A stretch of DNA of 64,000 nucleotides from Saccostrea echinata (taxonomy: Eukaryota), in contig NW_026889790.1 of the NCBI RefSeq assembly GCF_033153115.1, positions 1,364,001-1,428,000 on the forward strand, given 5' to 3'. The stretch's first letter is position 1; each line of letters starts with the position of its first letter. Below, in pieces: positions 61,657 to 64,000 of this stretch. The notes below the pieces were generated by a model, which saw nothing but the letters and a program-made list of their open reading frames with translations, did not search any database and had not been told where the DNA came from. Made by a program: the position numbers and the translations under genes.

Positions 61657-61948
61657 TTGCCTTTTTTTGAGCGAAATTACATTATTTCACCAAGTTTTCC
61701 CAAAGTGGTGTAAAAACGTGATGTTTCTTTTTTTAGTCTAATTTCCTGAAGTTCGATCCCGATCAGATTATATTTTCCTCAAGTTCAATAATTATTTGAA
61801 GATTTATTCCTGGATTTAGATAAGTTGTTCATAAATTTTATTTTTCTATGTATTAATCAGAATACAAACATTAAGACAAACGCATCTGAGAGCATTAAAG
61901 TATTTAAGCCTAACTCTTTTGTGATGAAGATTAAAAAAAGAAAACAAG
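61657..61948. promoter_or_regulatory. Probable bidirectional promoter and 5' UTRs of RRN3/coilin
   Basis: A minus-strand donor gtgagt at 61656-61651 fits an RRN3 non-coding exon 1 splicing to the acceptor at 57498. The coilin ATG is at 61949. Confidence 0.55.
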
Positions 61949-62232
61949 ATGTCTGCGTCCATGGAAGAAGTGCCTGTTCGCGTAAAACTTTTCTTTGACA
62001 ATCTTTCACTGCCATGTTCTTGGGTTTTGGTAAAAACAAAAAAGTGTCCTAAAGTGAAAGATTTTCTTTCCTACGTAAGGCGGAAGTTCATGCCTCAGAG
62101 AGACGGGTCTCTCTCTATCCTCATCAATGGCTGCACAGTCCCAGAGTGGGAAAAATCCTCTATATTTCGTGAAGATGATATTGTGCATCTGTATTTTAAA
62201 GAAATAACACATGTTTCCATGGTTTCTGATAG
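61949..62232 (+). CDS. COIL: Coilin (Cajal body scaffold), first exon encoding the N-terminal domain; gene continues beyond window
   Basis: VRVKLFFD...SWVLVKTKKCPKVKDFLSYVRRKF...LSILINGCTVPEWEKSSIFREDDIVHL aligns by eye with the recalled coilin NTD (VRLRLQFD...[24 protein letters not shown]...[25 protein letters not shown]). Donor AG|gtttgt at 62233. Confidence 0.82.
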
Positions 62233-62521
62233 GTTTGTTTTTTTTTTAAAATACACAATGCGATCAAGCCCCTGTAGTCAGAAAGTGAAACTGTTTGGAT
62301 GAGTGCAATTAATTTTGTGAACATGGTGAATAATACAATTTACACACTTCAGATAATAAATTTGCCATTTCATTTTGCACATTGCAAGACAATGGCATCA
62401 TATTTTTCAGTAAACTTTCACATCCTATTCCAGACCTTTGTTTATTGCATCTCGTGAATTCATTTTTCACACATTCTTTTGACCAAAAAAAAATGTATAG
62501 TTAAATTCTTAAACTCTTCAT

Positions 62522-62526
<5 letters not shown>

Positions 62527-62565
<39 letters not shown>

Positions 62566-62790
62566 AATCAAATTTTGTATGGACAGTATGGTGTCTATCT
62601 GTTCATCCTTCTGTCCATCTGTCTGTAAACTTTTAACATTTTCAATTTCTTCTCATGAACCACTGGGCCAATATCAACCAAACTTGCCTATTTGGATAAT
62701 GGGGGTTCAAGGTTCTTCAAATGAAGGGCCACACCATCTTTCAAGTGGAGATAATTAAAAATATGAGGGGCATTTGAAAAGTTCTGAGAA
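62527..62790 (-). mobile_element. HINE/Helentron-like element (truncated) in coilin intron 1
   Basis: Tn-AGCTCACCTGAGCTGAAAGCTCAAGTGAGCT hairpin, (TCTG/TCCA)n tract, and gaaccactgggccaatatcaaccaaactt core. Confidence 0.75.
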
Positions 62791-62792
62791 CT

Positions 62793-64000
62793 GGTTGATA
62801 AAATATTAACCATTTAACGGAAATTACTGAATTTGATATCATTGGACAGATCACAAAAATATACACATATTGTGACATCACTTTGTAATTTTTATTACAT
62901 AACTCCGAAAATGACATCAGAATCTTGAATGTCTAGCATACTGACCATAAAAATGATGTAACAAGAGACACAATTTCAGTGAAGTGAAATTTTAAAGTCC
63001 AGTTTTGTTCATTACTCGGATGCACGCTAACAGACACAACTGCCATTTGGAAAAATGTTTACATTGCCTACAGTCTATCATATGAACTTACATTCAGGGG
63101 CTCCTATAGTTCTGAGATGGTTTAAGAGTGTGTCAAACATAGCATGTTATTATCGAATCTCGCGCAAAATATTGTGTAAAAAAGATGTTGCTGTGAGAAA
63201 ATCGCAAAGTTGACAATCACAGGAGAATAGTGGATGGTGTTACAGAGTTTGCTGGCATTAATTTGTCAGGTGTTTTAACCAATTTTGCAGGAACTACTAA
63301 AGCTCAAGAGAGGTTAAGCTAAGGGTGTCCTATATTTCCTTGTAAAAACCAAAATGGCGTCGGTGTAGTTCTGACCCCACTGTAACTCGATATGTTCGAA
63401 CTTTTTAAATCATGGAAAATAAATAAGATTGTACATGGTAATGGAACTCAGATGTATTTTTTGGAGTCGAAAGTCAAAAGCAATAGTGAGTTTTGGATCG
63501 CCGAAGTTGAAATAATATGAAAAAATACGCACAGAAACAAGTCCGGGGGAAAAATTTTGTACGTCTTATTCGTAAACAGTAACGGTCCTGATACTTAAGA
63601 TACATTTGTGGAAAACAGCATTGTTACACATCAGTTTTATATAGAATATCTTTTATTTAATATAGTGGAGAGCTAAATAATTGACTGAAAATCCAGCTAT
63701 GTCATATAAATAAAAATCTTTTATGAATGCCTATGATAACATTACCATGCTTATTGATCAAGCAAAAAAAATAAAATATGGAATTGCTGATTTACTGTCC
63801 CATTTTTACAGTCTTACTCTACCTCCATGCAAATTTTCTTTGAAATATCATTTCAAATAAGCCTTTGACAGCACTTTTTCAATCCTCTCATGTGGACAAA
63901 AAACGCGACTTTTCAGTATGCCAAACATTCGAGATTCTGACGTCATTTTCGGAGGAATTACGTCATAAATGTAAGAAAATTATGTTAATATAAGTGCAAA
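62793..64000. mobile_element. Probable DNA-transposon-derived sequence interrupting the HINE, running off the window
   Basis: HINE similarity breaks abruptly and CpG-richer sequence follows. The second terminus is not in the window. Confidence 0.35.

Overview
This is AT-rich, intron-rich animal genomic DNA. The repeat families (Helentron/HINE hairpin elements with (GACA/GACG)n tracts, Kolobok-type TTAA elements) suggest an oyster-like bivalve, which is an inference. Six spliced protein genes are arranged as three head-to-head pairs: ERCC6/CSB (-, runs off the left edge) with ASPSCR1/TUG (+); CCDC33 (-) with a caspase-3/7-like effector caspase (+); and RRN3/TIF-IA (-) with coilin (+, runs off the right edge). 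Introns contain many non-autonomous DNA transposons, a solo LTR, and a nested stack of elements that fills the inferred RRN3 intron 1. The main unexplained structure is that at least six tandem arrays in three unrelated genes are built from the gene's own exon/intron junction, giving roughly 3 to 24 reiterated splice sites. Two of these are long chains of back-to-back CAG|GTAAG (recursive-splice-like) units. Other notable features are a pair of 89-nt mutually exclusive exons in CCDC33, a Smac-like AKPI motif behind a DxxD site in the caspase, a spacerless 102-bp palindrome near a bidirectional promoter, and a tRNA-derived Pol III cassette inside a DNA transposon. Exon boundaries were read by eye and no database searches were run.
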